Positions 40,564 through 51,864 of a stretch of 64,000 nucleotides of DNA are shown piece by piece. Positions within the stretch are counted from its first letter, which is position 1, and each line of letters opens with the position of its first letter. The stretch covers positions 42,160,001 to 42,224,000 of the forward strand of contig CM068743.1 in NCBI GenBank assembly GCA_035084275.1. The letters are read 5' to 3'. The notes below the pieces were generated by a model, which saw only the letters and a program-made list of their open reading frames with translations, was not told where the DNA came from and did not search any database. The translations under genes and the position numbers were made by a program. Source of the stretch: Hydrolagus colliei. Its lineage: Eukaryota.

Positions 40564-40729
40564 GGAGCAGCCAAGTGTCCCAAGGCTCAAGCCTTTTTCC
40601 TGGTTCTCCAGAAAGAGGGACAGACAGACAGAGTTCTAGGGGTTCAGCTATCTCTTTTAAGCTGACACAGCAACAACATCTTGCTGCCAGGTACAACCCA
40701 AGGAGCTTCTGCTGGTGCCTAAGGTCCAT
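39107..40729 (-). CDS. L2 ORF2 reverse transcriptase + C-terminal domain (no endonuclease; first ~53 aa come from flanking DNA)
   Basis: YRPISNLPFLSKVLE, QSGFR..HSTETAL, LDLSAAFDTVDH, GVPQGSVLGP, YADDTQLY, LHWLP..RIEFK. Confidence 0.85.
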   Translation of the reverse strand: MDLRHQQKLLGLYLAARCCCCVSLKEIAEPLELCLSVPLSGEPGKRLEPWDTWLLLKKTSIDGSQPSSYRPISNLPFLSKVLERVVASQVRSFLSTHSLFKPLQSGFRPIHSTETALVKVTNDILTACDQGSLCLFILLDLSAAFDTVDHTILLQRLSSHLNLQGTVLDWFHSYLTHRLHFVSSNVFSSNPHTVFHGVPQGSVLGPLLFTLYTLPLGDVILKHGVNFHMYADDTQLYLSASSLNPQTIDVLTACLSDIESWTRDNFLQLNVSKTEALLIGSSQRVRTSGAASLNIQGCTLHLTKPVRNLGIMFDQKLSFLPHIRALTGTIYFHLHNIARLRNYLTPHAAETLVHAYITSRLDYGNSLLVGIPSSSIHRLQVIQNSAARVLSRTRLRDHITPTLARLHWLPILQRIEFKILVLTYKALHGLAPLYLTDLLSPYTPIRTLRSTGLGLLQAPRPNHPTIGGRAFSFSAPTLWNAIPQSLRFVSSLSSFKAGLKTFLFDRVFCSTPNSFTSPSCFTPSQTLPSQLGSHASCAAP

Positions 40730-42483
40730 TACATGGCCACTTCCTTAATTTTCTGAGCAATAGCTTCATTGGCCCCTGCTTTGGGCATTGCATATTTTGG
40801 TGGTCGATAGAGACTCTTATTCTTATTAGAGACGCCATGCCGTCTGACGTGGAGAGCGCTATATAAATCAAAGTTGTTGTTGTTGTTCTTCTTCTTCAGT
40901 GACTGGGAACCCAGCATAATCTTCATCACTGGTTTCTGGCAGTTTAATACTGTCAGCACTGGAAGTGCCTTACCTTTCCAACTAGTCCTGATCCACTGCC
41001 TCTCTGTCACCAACACAGGCCATAGCTTGGGCATCTCATGGCCAGTCACCATCTACCAAGCATTGTGCATTCCTTATGGGCTCCATACTGCTCATGACCT
41101 GTCCAGTGACAGCACGATACGATCTCAACATCTTTTGCACGTAGCTCACTGATGACTAAATGTTAAAAGCCTCAGGAAAGAAGGAATTTAAATTGGGAAA
41201 TAATGCTGCTCTGAACCCATCTGTTTATGAGGATCAATTAAGTATTTTACTTTTATATGAGAAAATATTTGTTCCATTCAATATAATGTATGGAATTTTG
41301 CTTATAACTTAAACTCTTGCTCAAATATTTTTCCCAAATTCAGTTACTTTTGTATTATTTACTTAATATAAAATTATACAGAATCTAGACTCGAATAATT
41401 GTGCCTGATATCAATAACTCTCTCTCTCTCTCTGTCTTTACTTGCTGATTACTCTTTGACTGCGCTATTGGTCATCTTTCCCCTCATCATTCTGTTCAGC
41501 TCCACCACCAATTCTGCTGCCCAGCCAGGACTGTCAAGACCTATTCAATGTCCTTCTGATGTGAAAGGTACAATATAAATGTAAAATATATTGTATTGTA
41601 TAATTTTGTAAAATGTTTCTCCATGACATAGAATGGCTTGAGATTCTATGAACCTTCTGAAATATGTTTCTGAACCTTCTGAAATATGGCAACTATTGTA
41701 TTGCTTAAGCTGATACATTTACAACAAAGTGAGAGTTACTTTCTGTTTCGAAACCAGTCCTCATTGAATTAAGCTGAAAGGACAAAGCTAAACTCTGCGG
41801 GCATTCAAAAGCATAGTTCTACGATGTTAAACATACCATCAATGTAAACAGTCAGTGGTACCTTGGGGATGTGGACTTTGCGGATTCTCCCATCTGATGT
41901 TTCAGTGTGTTTGCTTCCATGAAATGACCATCTGGTGCATTGTATGCAGGAGTCCTTCAGATGCTAATTACTGACACCAGGTATAATAATTGAAAACAAA
42001 CTGGATGGTTTGTGGAGGTTACATTTCTCTGTGGGAAATTCAGAACGTTTCCATCGAAACTTTGGTGTGAAACATGTTATGGTTTGTAAAAGATTCAGCG
42101 TACAATTATCACATGAAATTTCACATTTTACTGATATCACAATTTCCTTATGTTCCTCAATTCTCTGTTGTTTACTGATAGTAAACTTGTGCGGGTCCAC
42201 CTTAAAACTGTATGGGGAAAATAAAATTTATGTTTTTCCCCTTGTAATCATCTATTTCCCTCTCCTGAAGGCTCCTTGCTCTTTGGTTCTGCCATGCTAC
42301 AGTTCCATGATTTGATGTATCTCATTGCAGTGATACTCATATGTTCATCTTGAAACTGAGTGTTAACAACCTAATTGTCATCTGTAGGCATGGGGTTAAC
42401 TTACATGGACGCCAAACAATTCTATAATCTCTGTCTCACCCTTGATTTCAAGACCATTGCTGTCCTGACCATTTGCCCGTCAG

Positions 42484-42742
42484 ATAATAATAATATAATA
42501 ATAATCCTTGCATTTGATATAGTGCTTATCACATCTTCTAGATGTCTCAAAGTGCTTTACAGAATATACTCTAAAGTAAATTGACTGTATACTTGTGGGC
42601 AAAACACTGCAGCCAATGTGCATAGCAGTTTCCCACAAACAGTCATGGATTGAAATGAAAACATTAAAAAAAAAATTTGGAGGGATTATTATTAGGTGCG
42701 TGGAGCAAGGAAACTTGCCCAAGGTTTCGCCCTGACCTGCCT
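42484..42742 (-). mobile_element. 5'-truncated tRNA-derived SINE
   Basis: Body and tail present; head truncated. Confidence 0.8.
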
Positions 42743-42744
42743 GA

Positions 42745-43510
42745 TGTCCTGGATGTCTTGGATGGGAGCTAGGCTTGTCCATTTCAATGCTGACAACAAG
42801 CGACTCTTCTGCTTGACTCCCATCAGCATTTTTTCACTTCAGACATTAACATCATCAATCTATATGGATGTACACTCCACCTCATTGAGCCAGTTCAGAA
42901 CCTTGGTGTCTTGTTCAACTCTCAACTGTCCTTAAATCACACATCCGTGCTTTGACTTGTTCGGCTTTCCCCCACTTCCACAACATTGCCCGCCTCTTCT
43001 ACTAGCTCTCCTCTGTGGCCACCAAGACACATATGTATGTTTTAATCACATTAAGGGTTGACTACACTTTGCTCCACTTCCTAACACTTCCCTCGAAAAG
43101 CTAAGGATCGTTCAGAACTCTGCAGCTCGTGTCCTCCAACTAACAATACCCAGCTTTACCCGGCTTCACCGGTTAACTATTACCCGCATCTTTGCCTCAA
43201 TTCACTGTCTCCCCAACCCCCAGAGGATTGTGTTCAAGAACATTTTCTTCACTTTTAAATCCCTCCACAGTGTTACCTCATTGTAAACCTGGAGCCTTCC
43301 AAAACCCTACCAATTTGCCTTGTTCCCTTGGCTCAACACGATTATCCTATTTCGTACCCCTTAGCTTACCATCGGGGGATTGGGCCTTCAGCCTTGCTGC
43401 CCACACTCTCAGGAAAGTCTATCCTGGAGTTGCTGTGCCTCGCCATTCCCTCATTTCCTTCAAGATCCAACTCAAGATCTTCCTTTTTCACCCCTCTTTC
43501 AGTTAACCTC
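42745..43510 (+). mobile_element. Highly degraded L2 fragment
   Basis: VQNSAARVL, GDWAFSLAAHTL and SFKIQLKIFLF remnants. Confidence 0.6.
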
Positions 43511-44504
43511 ATACTCCACCCCCTTTGGTCTCCACCCTCCCCAAAATTCAAATTATAATGCAGAACATGTTCTGCTGTGTTGGAACAGCTATTTATTTCT
43601 TATTGAGAGAGCTGTAAACAATGACTACCGTTCTAGATTTCAAGCACCATGCAATATGTCAGAATGACTTGGTGATGGACTGCAGCATTTATTTTAAGTA
43701 GCCTTTACAATTTCAAAAAGATCATTGTGTTAATGTTTACAATGTGACACACACAACGACAAGGCATTTAGGTATAATTGTCTTTGTATAGTTGCAGATT
43801 GCATTTTCCAGTCTATAATCTGTTAGCAGAGAAAATGATTCAATAAAACAAATTTCTGGTGACTGTGGCTACCTGTGTTTAGAGTATACTAGTCATGCTT
43901 AGAGATGATGCATGTCACAAGACAACCACTATAATAACGCTTAAATCTCTGAGATCTAAAAGATGATTAAGGATGGATAGATCACATAAATGATTTCTAA
44001 CTATAACAGCTCAGACTGGAAGACAGCATTTAATGTACAGATTAGTAGCTAATCCATTTTGCAGACATATGAAACGTATTTAAACATAAAGGATTTTTTT
44101 TCCATAAGAATAAATCTATGTGATAAAGAAGTAAGAATCCTTTCATTGAAATGATTCAATTTAAAATGTTTCCTGGCAAAATTCAGCCACTGAGGTGTAA
44201 TATCTGGTGAGTTTCAAATTTGGGTTGACCCGTATTGTGTAGTGCACTCAAGTTATTAGTTTGTCTCTTCTGCCTACCTTGAATTTACGTGGCACCACCT
44301 CATCTCTATGGGTAAGGATTTTTTCCACTTGGATCCTGTTAATACTACAAGACAAATCCCTAACTGGTAGAGTGATCCTAGCTGAATAAGCAGCGAGATG
44401 CTTGCCAGATAATCATCTCAGTGGCATCAATAGAGTCAAGCTATGTGGTTTTGACCGTTAATGCCAGCAGTACCCAAATGCACATGTGCACTGAGGGGCT
44501 ATAG

Positions 44505-44660
44505 GGTATGAGTAGGGTATTGGGGCTAGTTGGATAGCGCTTTGAATGAGCCAGTGCAGGCACAATGGGCCAAATGGCCTCCTTCTGCATTATAATTTAT
44601 TATAATTGTGGATTATTATGATAGGGATTATTACGGTGTTATAAAATTCTATGATTATTT
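44505..44660 (+). mobile_element. CR1 3'UTR stub
   Basis: GCACAATGGGCCAAATGGCCTCCTTCTG stem-loop and ATTCTATG tail unit. Confidence 0.65.
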
Positions 44661-46619
44661 TAGTTCAATGTTAAAACTCTTCATATGGTATCCCTTAAAA
44701 TGTAGTTACCATGTATCTGTAGATAAATTTGGCAACTAACAGTGACAACATTTGTTCCCGAATGGAACATGCACATCTGGGTTCCTGACAGTATTGATAT
44801 ATGGCTGATATTTGGAGTACCGTAATGATACCATGATTTATGATTATTACCACAACCATAGTCATGCCAAATAGCTAGTTAGACAAGTAAACCATTCTCA
44901 GATGAATGACTAAGGGTGACTGAATTATGGGATGATCCTGGATATATCCCAGCCACTTGAAAAAGCGTTCACTAACTGATCACTTGCATATTGAGGGATT
45001 TGGAGTTTTTGCAGGGGACATATGACATCGGATTGACTGATGAAGCTATTAACACTTCGTGACTTCAATGAGTCACAGCAGCCAGTGCTTTGGGAACAGC
45101 TGCAATGGCATGAAAGCTTCCCTGTGTGGCCAACTGTTACTTTCGTTCTCAGAAAAAAAAGAATGAATGAACCTGTCAGCTGTCCAGTATAGTGCACTCT
45201 TCATCTGCTGAATACACATGAACATGGAATACCACTGTGGTGTCCACTAAGCAAATATAATGAACTTGTAGCATAGCAAATGAATGACTTTTACAGATGT
45301 AAGAGGACAGTGGGAGTCTCTAAATTCCTCAATACGGAGTTAGCATGTACTGTACTATGTTATTACATTTCTGGTTATCTTAAACCTCCTTACACTTTGG
45401 TCTTTGTCATCGATGGCAGGTGAAATTATTCTTTCAGGATTTTGAGTAAACCTTAGTTAAAGGTTTAGTTCCTTTAAAACAGGTGAACGGTTGGTTTGAC
45501 TGATGATCAGGCAATCAGAAGTAGTTGAAACTGCTCGGAGGACTGGCTGTGTGTGGTGCTCCAAGGTGTTCCCCCTCCCAGCTTTCCATAAAAAGGTCAC
45601 ATGTAGAAAGATTGGGGGGAATCAGGGCTGAGCGCATCTAGCCACTCACTTCATACAGTTGTATAATTCTAGATAATTTATCTTTGGTTCATAGAGTTTA
45701 TGCTGCACATATGGCCATCTGCTAAATAACTTTTGTCTCTGCGATCATATTTTTCCATTAATTTCTCTTGAAACAGAATAATGTTTCCTGGTGCAATAAT
45801 GAAATTCTTAGTGCAAAAAACTGGAATTGTAGGCTCAAATTATCCGTGTAGTTGAAAATAAAAATAATTGAATTAAACTCCTAATGTGGGTGGAGGCAAT
45901 GAAACTTAGATTTGGAGTTTTAGATTTGGAGTTTCTCTTTGTGGAGAAATGAGTGTCACAGTATCCAGTGAGAGGATTAGATTCTGGGCTCATGCAGAAA
46001 GTTTTTGTTGCACATGTCATATTACATGAGGAAAATTGCAGGTCCATTTTATTTTCCGTGAACATGCTGCACATAACATGAGGATAATCCTCAGAATAGC
46101 ATTGGAAAGAGCTATTTAAAGATATCCCCCATTTTAAGTATAATCCCAGAATGAGAGTGATGTGCAACAATGCCTATGCATACCCATGTGACTATGGGCA
46201 AAAGTATCTTCCACAGGCTGCTTGATATGATCCTCCTAAAAGGAAAACAGTTTATCCTGGAAGCTTGTGGAAGTTGCTGATTAAGAAGAAAGTAGATGAG
46301 CACTTTATTCCGGAGAGCTTGACAGTTTCATATTTTGAAAGCTGCTGAAGAACTCAGTACTGAATGGCCCTCAATGTCACGTAATCAGTGCATAGTAGCT
46401 GTTGAGCAGAACACATTTCAAAAAACATTTATAGCGGAAAACATATCTTTCTATATTTCATATTTGGAAAGTGTCAAACAAGAAAATCCTGTTTAGTAAG
46501 ACGGAAATTCTGCGCATCAGTATAACATTGAACTGGAGACACATTACATTTCAGCTGAGTTGAGTTCAGAAAGATATGCTGAACCATAAGATAAGGAGGA
46601 CCACTTTAACATATAACTT

Positions 46620-47055
46620 CTTTTGTATAGTGCCCACCATGCAGGTTAGCATCTCAGAGTGCTTAATAGTGGCGGAGCCAGAATCCGAATTGGGGGGGAT
46701 AGAGTGGGGTTGGTGGTGGGGTGGGGGGGGCGGTGGGGTGGGAGGTTGTGTTTCGGCTGCAAGCCTGGTCGAAGAGGAAGGTTTTCAGGTAGGACTTGAA
46801 ACGGGTAGGAGTTGGAGGGATTGAGGGAGTGTTCCAGAGTTTTGGGGTGCAGTAATTGAAAGTGACCTATGATGGGGGAGGTTGGGGAGTGGGTGAGGGT
46901 GAGTAGAGAAACAGGGATGCCAGTGGTGGATTGGGGAATGAGGAGAACAGAGAGGTAGGGAGGTGCCAGAGAGTGAAAAGATTTGAACACAAGTGTGAGG
47001 AACTTGGAGTCGATCTGTTCGGTGATGGGGAGCTGGTGGAGCCTGGCCAGGTACT
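46620..47055 (-). mobile_element. Degraded L2 3' fragment
   Basis: FKSFHSLAPPYLSVLL motif. Confidence 0.6.
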
Positions 47056-47057
47056 CT

Positions 47058-47298
47058 GGATTCCTGTATCTCAGTGGTTAGAGCATTCTCCTTACAAGCG
47101 TGAGACCTGTGTCCAAATCCAGGCAGAGCGAAACCTTGGGCAGGTTTCCTCAATCCACACATGTAACAATATTCTTTTTTTTTAAAATTGGTCATTTCAA
47201 TCCATGACTCTTTGTGGGACACTGCTGTGCGCAATTGGCTGCCGCATTTCACCCACAAATATACAGTCAATTCACTTTACAATATATTCTGTGAAGCA
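47058..47298 (+). mobile_element. tRNA-derived SINE, 3'-truncated
   Basis: Head and body present. Confidence 0.8.
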
Positions 47299-48799
47299 CA
47301 GAATATATAGCACGGAGTTTGGACTGGGTAAGTATGCGGATGCCAGAGTTCTGAAAACCTACATGACCCACTTTAAATTAGGTAAGCAGGATATATCCTT
47401 CCAGGGAAAGTGTGTGCGTTCCATTCCAACAATCAATCTCTGAAATTTCCATGTGTAGGTTAGATGCATGAAATTCTCAGTTTGTTTGGATTTTTGCCAC
47501 AGAGTGGATGTCCATGGCCACCCTTTGAAAGTAACATTTTCAGTTGGCTGCACAAGGGAACTAAACACAAGACTACAGACTTTCTTTGCTCCATGATGGA
47601 AATAGGCATTCAGAAGCATTTCAAAACTATTGGAGCAGCAGCTGATGACAGTTGATTTATATCGCTAATCTCTCACTGTATCAAACCGACCATGAGATAA
47701 TTCAGCCTACTTATCTTCTGTCAGCACTTCTATTTCTGCATGGAAGAAGAGAAAAATGAAATGATTTTCTCCTTCTTGCTAGAAACTTTGTCACGATCAT
47801 GGCATGGATGAATTGAAGAGGTTAGACAGGAAACCTGACTGAAACATGTGCCACTCACTGAACAATCATATCAGAAGACATTCTTGGGGCTAAGTGGTTC
47901 AACTAACTGACACATGGTTCTTTCTCTCCTTTTCACTTCAGGAGACCTTGTTTGAAATCCAGCACCGGGACAAGAAAAAAAGCAGGCAACTTGTAACTGA
48001 CACTTTCACAAATGAATTAAGATCTGACGTTCGTACCTCATTCCACAATGGAGTAGGAATTTTCAGCATAGAAGTTTCCTTTGATGAGGATAGTTTTACA
48101 GGTTAATCCCAAGGGAAACCAATTGCACAACTGAAAATACATTTTAGAAAAGGGGATTTAAACCTTTGTGAAGCAACAAGCAAAGCAAGCTTTGCCAGTT
48201 TCAGTGAAGATGTATGGCGTAAAAACATGTTCTACATTGTAATACATTTTATGCTTTCCATTATCTGATATGTTGGTGCCATCGATCAATTTATTTTAAA
48301 AACATAATTTGATGTGATTAAAATGAAATAGATTTGGACACATTTGAAAAGATAAAAAGTACAAAAATGCTTCCATATCAAAAGACTTAAAACTAGCAAA
48401 AATGTAATTAACTTTAAGTGAAAATTAGGTTAATTGGATTATTATTAAAACATAACTTTCATCGCCAATTAATTAGCTGCTTATCTGTTTTAACTAATAC
48501 CAGAACTTCTGATGCTGATGGTACAAGATCAAGTAATTTGCTTTATAGGCAGAATTTTCAGATCCTATGAAACATTGAGTAACAGCACAATTGCAAATCT
48601 GAATTGAATGTGAGAAGACAACAGATAAACCAATTGACATTCAAAAAGTGCAGCTGAAGTTGTGAGATTCCCCAACAATGCAGTAAAGTTGGGATTTGTA
48701 AGGAAGTCCTATATCACATAAGTTAGAGCACTCGCAAGCGAGAGGATTTGGATTTTGACCGTGAGCAGGGCGAAAATTTAGGCATGTTCCTTTACTCCG

Positions 48800-49276
48800 C
48801 ATTCTTACTCGAACCAAACTTCATTCCCCGATTACCCCAGTCCTTGCCCGACTTCACTGGCTCCCTGTTTCAGAAGGGATTGATTTCAAGATCCTCACTC
48901 TTGTTTTCAAATCCCTCCACTCCTCTGCACTCCCACTACCTCTCTAACCTCCTCTCTCCTCACAATAGTACCCGTTGCTTTTGCTGTACTGGGTCTGGCC
49001 TCCTCCTTGTCCCCTGAATCCTCCATTCCACCGTTGGCAACTGTGCCTTCAGCCACTATGCCCCGAGGCTCTGGAACTCCCTTCCTCACTCCCTTCACCT
49101 CACCCACTCCTTTCCTGTTTTCTGATTGTGCCAAAAGACTTTTCTTTTCGACCGCACTTTTGGTCACCTTTTTCCCCTCCCTCTGCCTCGGCCCCTGGAT
49201 CTGTTTTGTAAAGCCATCTGAGAAGCCATCTGGCATGGAGGGCGCTGTATCAACCCAATTTGTCATTGTTGTTGTT
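48800..49276 (+). mobile_element. L2 LINE 3' fragment
   Basis: CTTCACTGGCTCCCTGTT (LHWLPV), ATTGATTTCAAGATCC (IDFKI), and TTGTTGTTG tail. Confidence 0.75.
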
Positions 49277-49877
49277 GCTTACCCAGCTTGCATAAACATA
49301 TTCACTGATCACAGGTACACACACACACTGATCACAGATACAATCATTTACTGATCACAGGTACACACACACACAATGCCCAGGTCATTGAGTCACTACA
49401 ACTGTTTTCTTCGAATGCATAAAGTGGTAAGTGAAATTGGTGACTCGTGACAATCCAATGTCAATCTTATGTGGAAGGTCATTTGGGAGAATTCACTCAA
49501 GAGGAAGCCTGATCTGTTATTCACCAAGTGTGCTCAACCCAGCTCAACATGGAATATGTGAAAGCATTACCACCATCTTCCTGCCCACAGCTTGTCTAAA
49601 ACCTACTTCTGTATATCTATAGCCACTTTGCCAAAGCATTGTATTGTATTCTAATAACCATCTGGATCATTGAAACATTCTTCCAATTTTGCCATTGTTG
49701 TTTCCAAAAAAAAGCCATGAGGTTATGGTCCTATGTTACTGATTCACTAATCAGCAGGAATAATCTATTCTGTATTCCTCTGATAATCTTTCTGAATTGT
49801 AGTTGCATACCCCCACTAAACACATTATAAAATGGATGTGAGTATTATGTTATATGACTTTCAAACAAGTGGAGATG

Positions 49878-50446
49878 TGTCGTGGAATAACTCACAAAGA
49901 GATCAGGTTATTCATGTAAAACACAAACAGTCATTTAATATACTAACGGCCGAAAGGAGAAATACCCTCACAGGTCAGATACCCGAGTTGGTACTTCTAA
50001 AGAACTAACAGAAATACAACGGTTTATATCTTATTCGTTTGCACACCGCATGACAGTAGTATAAGCTCCGTTAACCAATTACAGCAATCCACCTAATCAA
50101 TAAAAGTGAATGTGGGAAGAGAGTTGAACTCTATTTACACTAGCCATGGGGTGCAAAAAGGGCAGCATCTATTAAAACAAAACTAGACAACCACAAGTTG
50201 CTAATTGATAGATTACCATTTTCAAAGAAAGAAGTAAATCGTCTTCAATGATCAGGAAGCAATTGATCACCTAAAGAATAACAAGCAGGGAATGTCTAAT
50301 TTACTCAAACACAAGCCTTTCTCCCTTCTTGGTCTGGACTATGTCATACAACTGACGTTTGCTGATATCCCTATTGACCTCTGGAATTTCTAAGGGAGAC
50401 TAAGAAACAGCTAACATGGTTGCCGATGTTTAACATGGTTTCCACA
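49878..50446 (-). repeat. 3' LTR (569 bp)
   Basis: Matches 57280-57848 with no difference seen by eye; candidate ATTAAA polyA signal at 49934-49939 (minus). Confidence 0.96.
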
Positions 50447-50448
50447 AT

Positions 50449-50459
50449 CCCCCCTTTTT
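50449..50459 (-). promoter_or_regulatory. Polypurine tract AAAAAGGGGGG
   Basis: 2 nt upstream of the 3' LTR on the minus strand. Confidence 0.92.
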
Positions 50460-50486
50460 GTCCTCCTAAGGACAAATAAAGTAAGG

Positions 50487-51864
50487 CTAATCAAAATTAA
50501 TAGCAGCTAGCCGAGCAGCTTCTTGTTCAATAGAATCCTTATCTAGATCGAATTCTCCAGGGTAGGATAACGATAGTAATGGAAGGAGGGCAGGGACATT
50601 TAAGTTTGGAGGTCTAAACATTTGAGCACACAAACAGTGGAAGCACATGACACAAGCATATATCAAAACAAAAACACAAATGATTATTATGAAACCTTGG
50701 ACAAAAGTACCGTCAAGACCTCCAAACCAAGTGTACTAAGAAGTAGACCCAGGAGAGTGTAAACTTTTAACAGCAGATCGAATATGGGTGCTTAAATTAG
50801 TAATGTTCTCTGAGGAATCAGGGATATAGGTGCAACATTCAGTACCTATTAAGGCACACGTGCCGCCTTGTTTGGCCAATAAAAAAATCAAGGGCCATTC
50901 TATTTTGGAGGGTGGTCGTTCGAATGGCCACTAATTCAGCACTAAGCTGTTCTAGGGCAGTCGCAGTGTCATTTGCAAGTTGTTCCAATAGGGAAGATAC
51001 TTTATTTACTTCTATTTGAGATCGAATTGTTCCATAGGAAGGGACAAAGGCAGAAGCAATCATTTCCCATGTAGAAATAGACCTACGGAACTTCTGGGAA
51101 GGCAAGGCTGGTAAACTTTGCAAATGACGAACTTGTGGGATCACATAAGCCAAATAACAGGACCCAATCCAATTAAGGGGCAACCAGGGATAGGCTTTTT
51201 GCCCACAAACAAAATAAGTGCCATTATAAGACACTGCTCGTAGGTCACCTTTCCAAATCAATAAACTAGGGCCCGACCATTGAAGTCCACTTGTTATGTT
51301 AGGCAACCCAGTTAGATTAAATATACCGAAGATAGGCCAGATATTAGTGTTATCCTTACTCACTGTGATCGTACCGATGGAAATATGGTACGAACAAAGA
51401 CTGTTACCCATAAAAAGACCATGTAGTGAAGTTCATACAAAGCAGACATGACCTAGAGTTACTTCGGTACCTTTATTTCGAGGGATAAACAAAAATGGAG
51501 GTAAATGACTTCTATTAACTAGGGGTTGATACCATCCTGAAAAGTGGGTCAAATTGTACCCTGCAGACTTCCACATGTTTGGATCAAAGCTCTCGGCCTG
51601 TGTGCGTAGTAGCGTTACATTTTTAAATTGATAGAACATCCATTCAATCGTTTCTGACAAATAAAAAGGGACTGATTGTACAGGAATGCCTCCTTTTGAA
51701 TGGAGAGGGATATGGGAGCATACCCAACAAGCTGATTGTCCTGTGCGGTTTGCAAAAACGTATGACATGTACAAATATGTATTAGCATGAATAGAAATAC
51801 GGGGTTTTACACTTAATAACTGAGTAGAACATACTAAAAGGCAATAATATAGATTCAACATCAT
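50487..51864 (-). pseudogene. env: env (gamma-type SU-TM), disrupted
   Basis: Signal peptide; CWVC in SU; KFRR cleavage site; LQNRMALD immunosuppressive domain; CALIGTECC (CX6CC); hydrophobic TM anchor. Lesions: TGA 51433-51435, +1 T at 50881-50887, TAG 50736-50738. Confidence 0.92.

Noticed and set aside
50736-50738. TGG>TAG as APOBEC-type hypermutation
   Set aside because: Single site; the many other Trp codons in gag and pol are intact.
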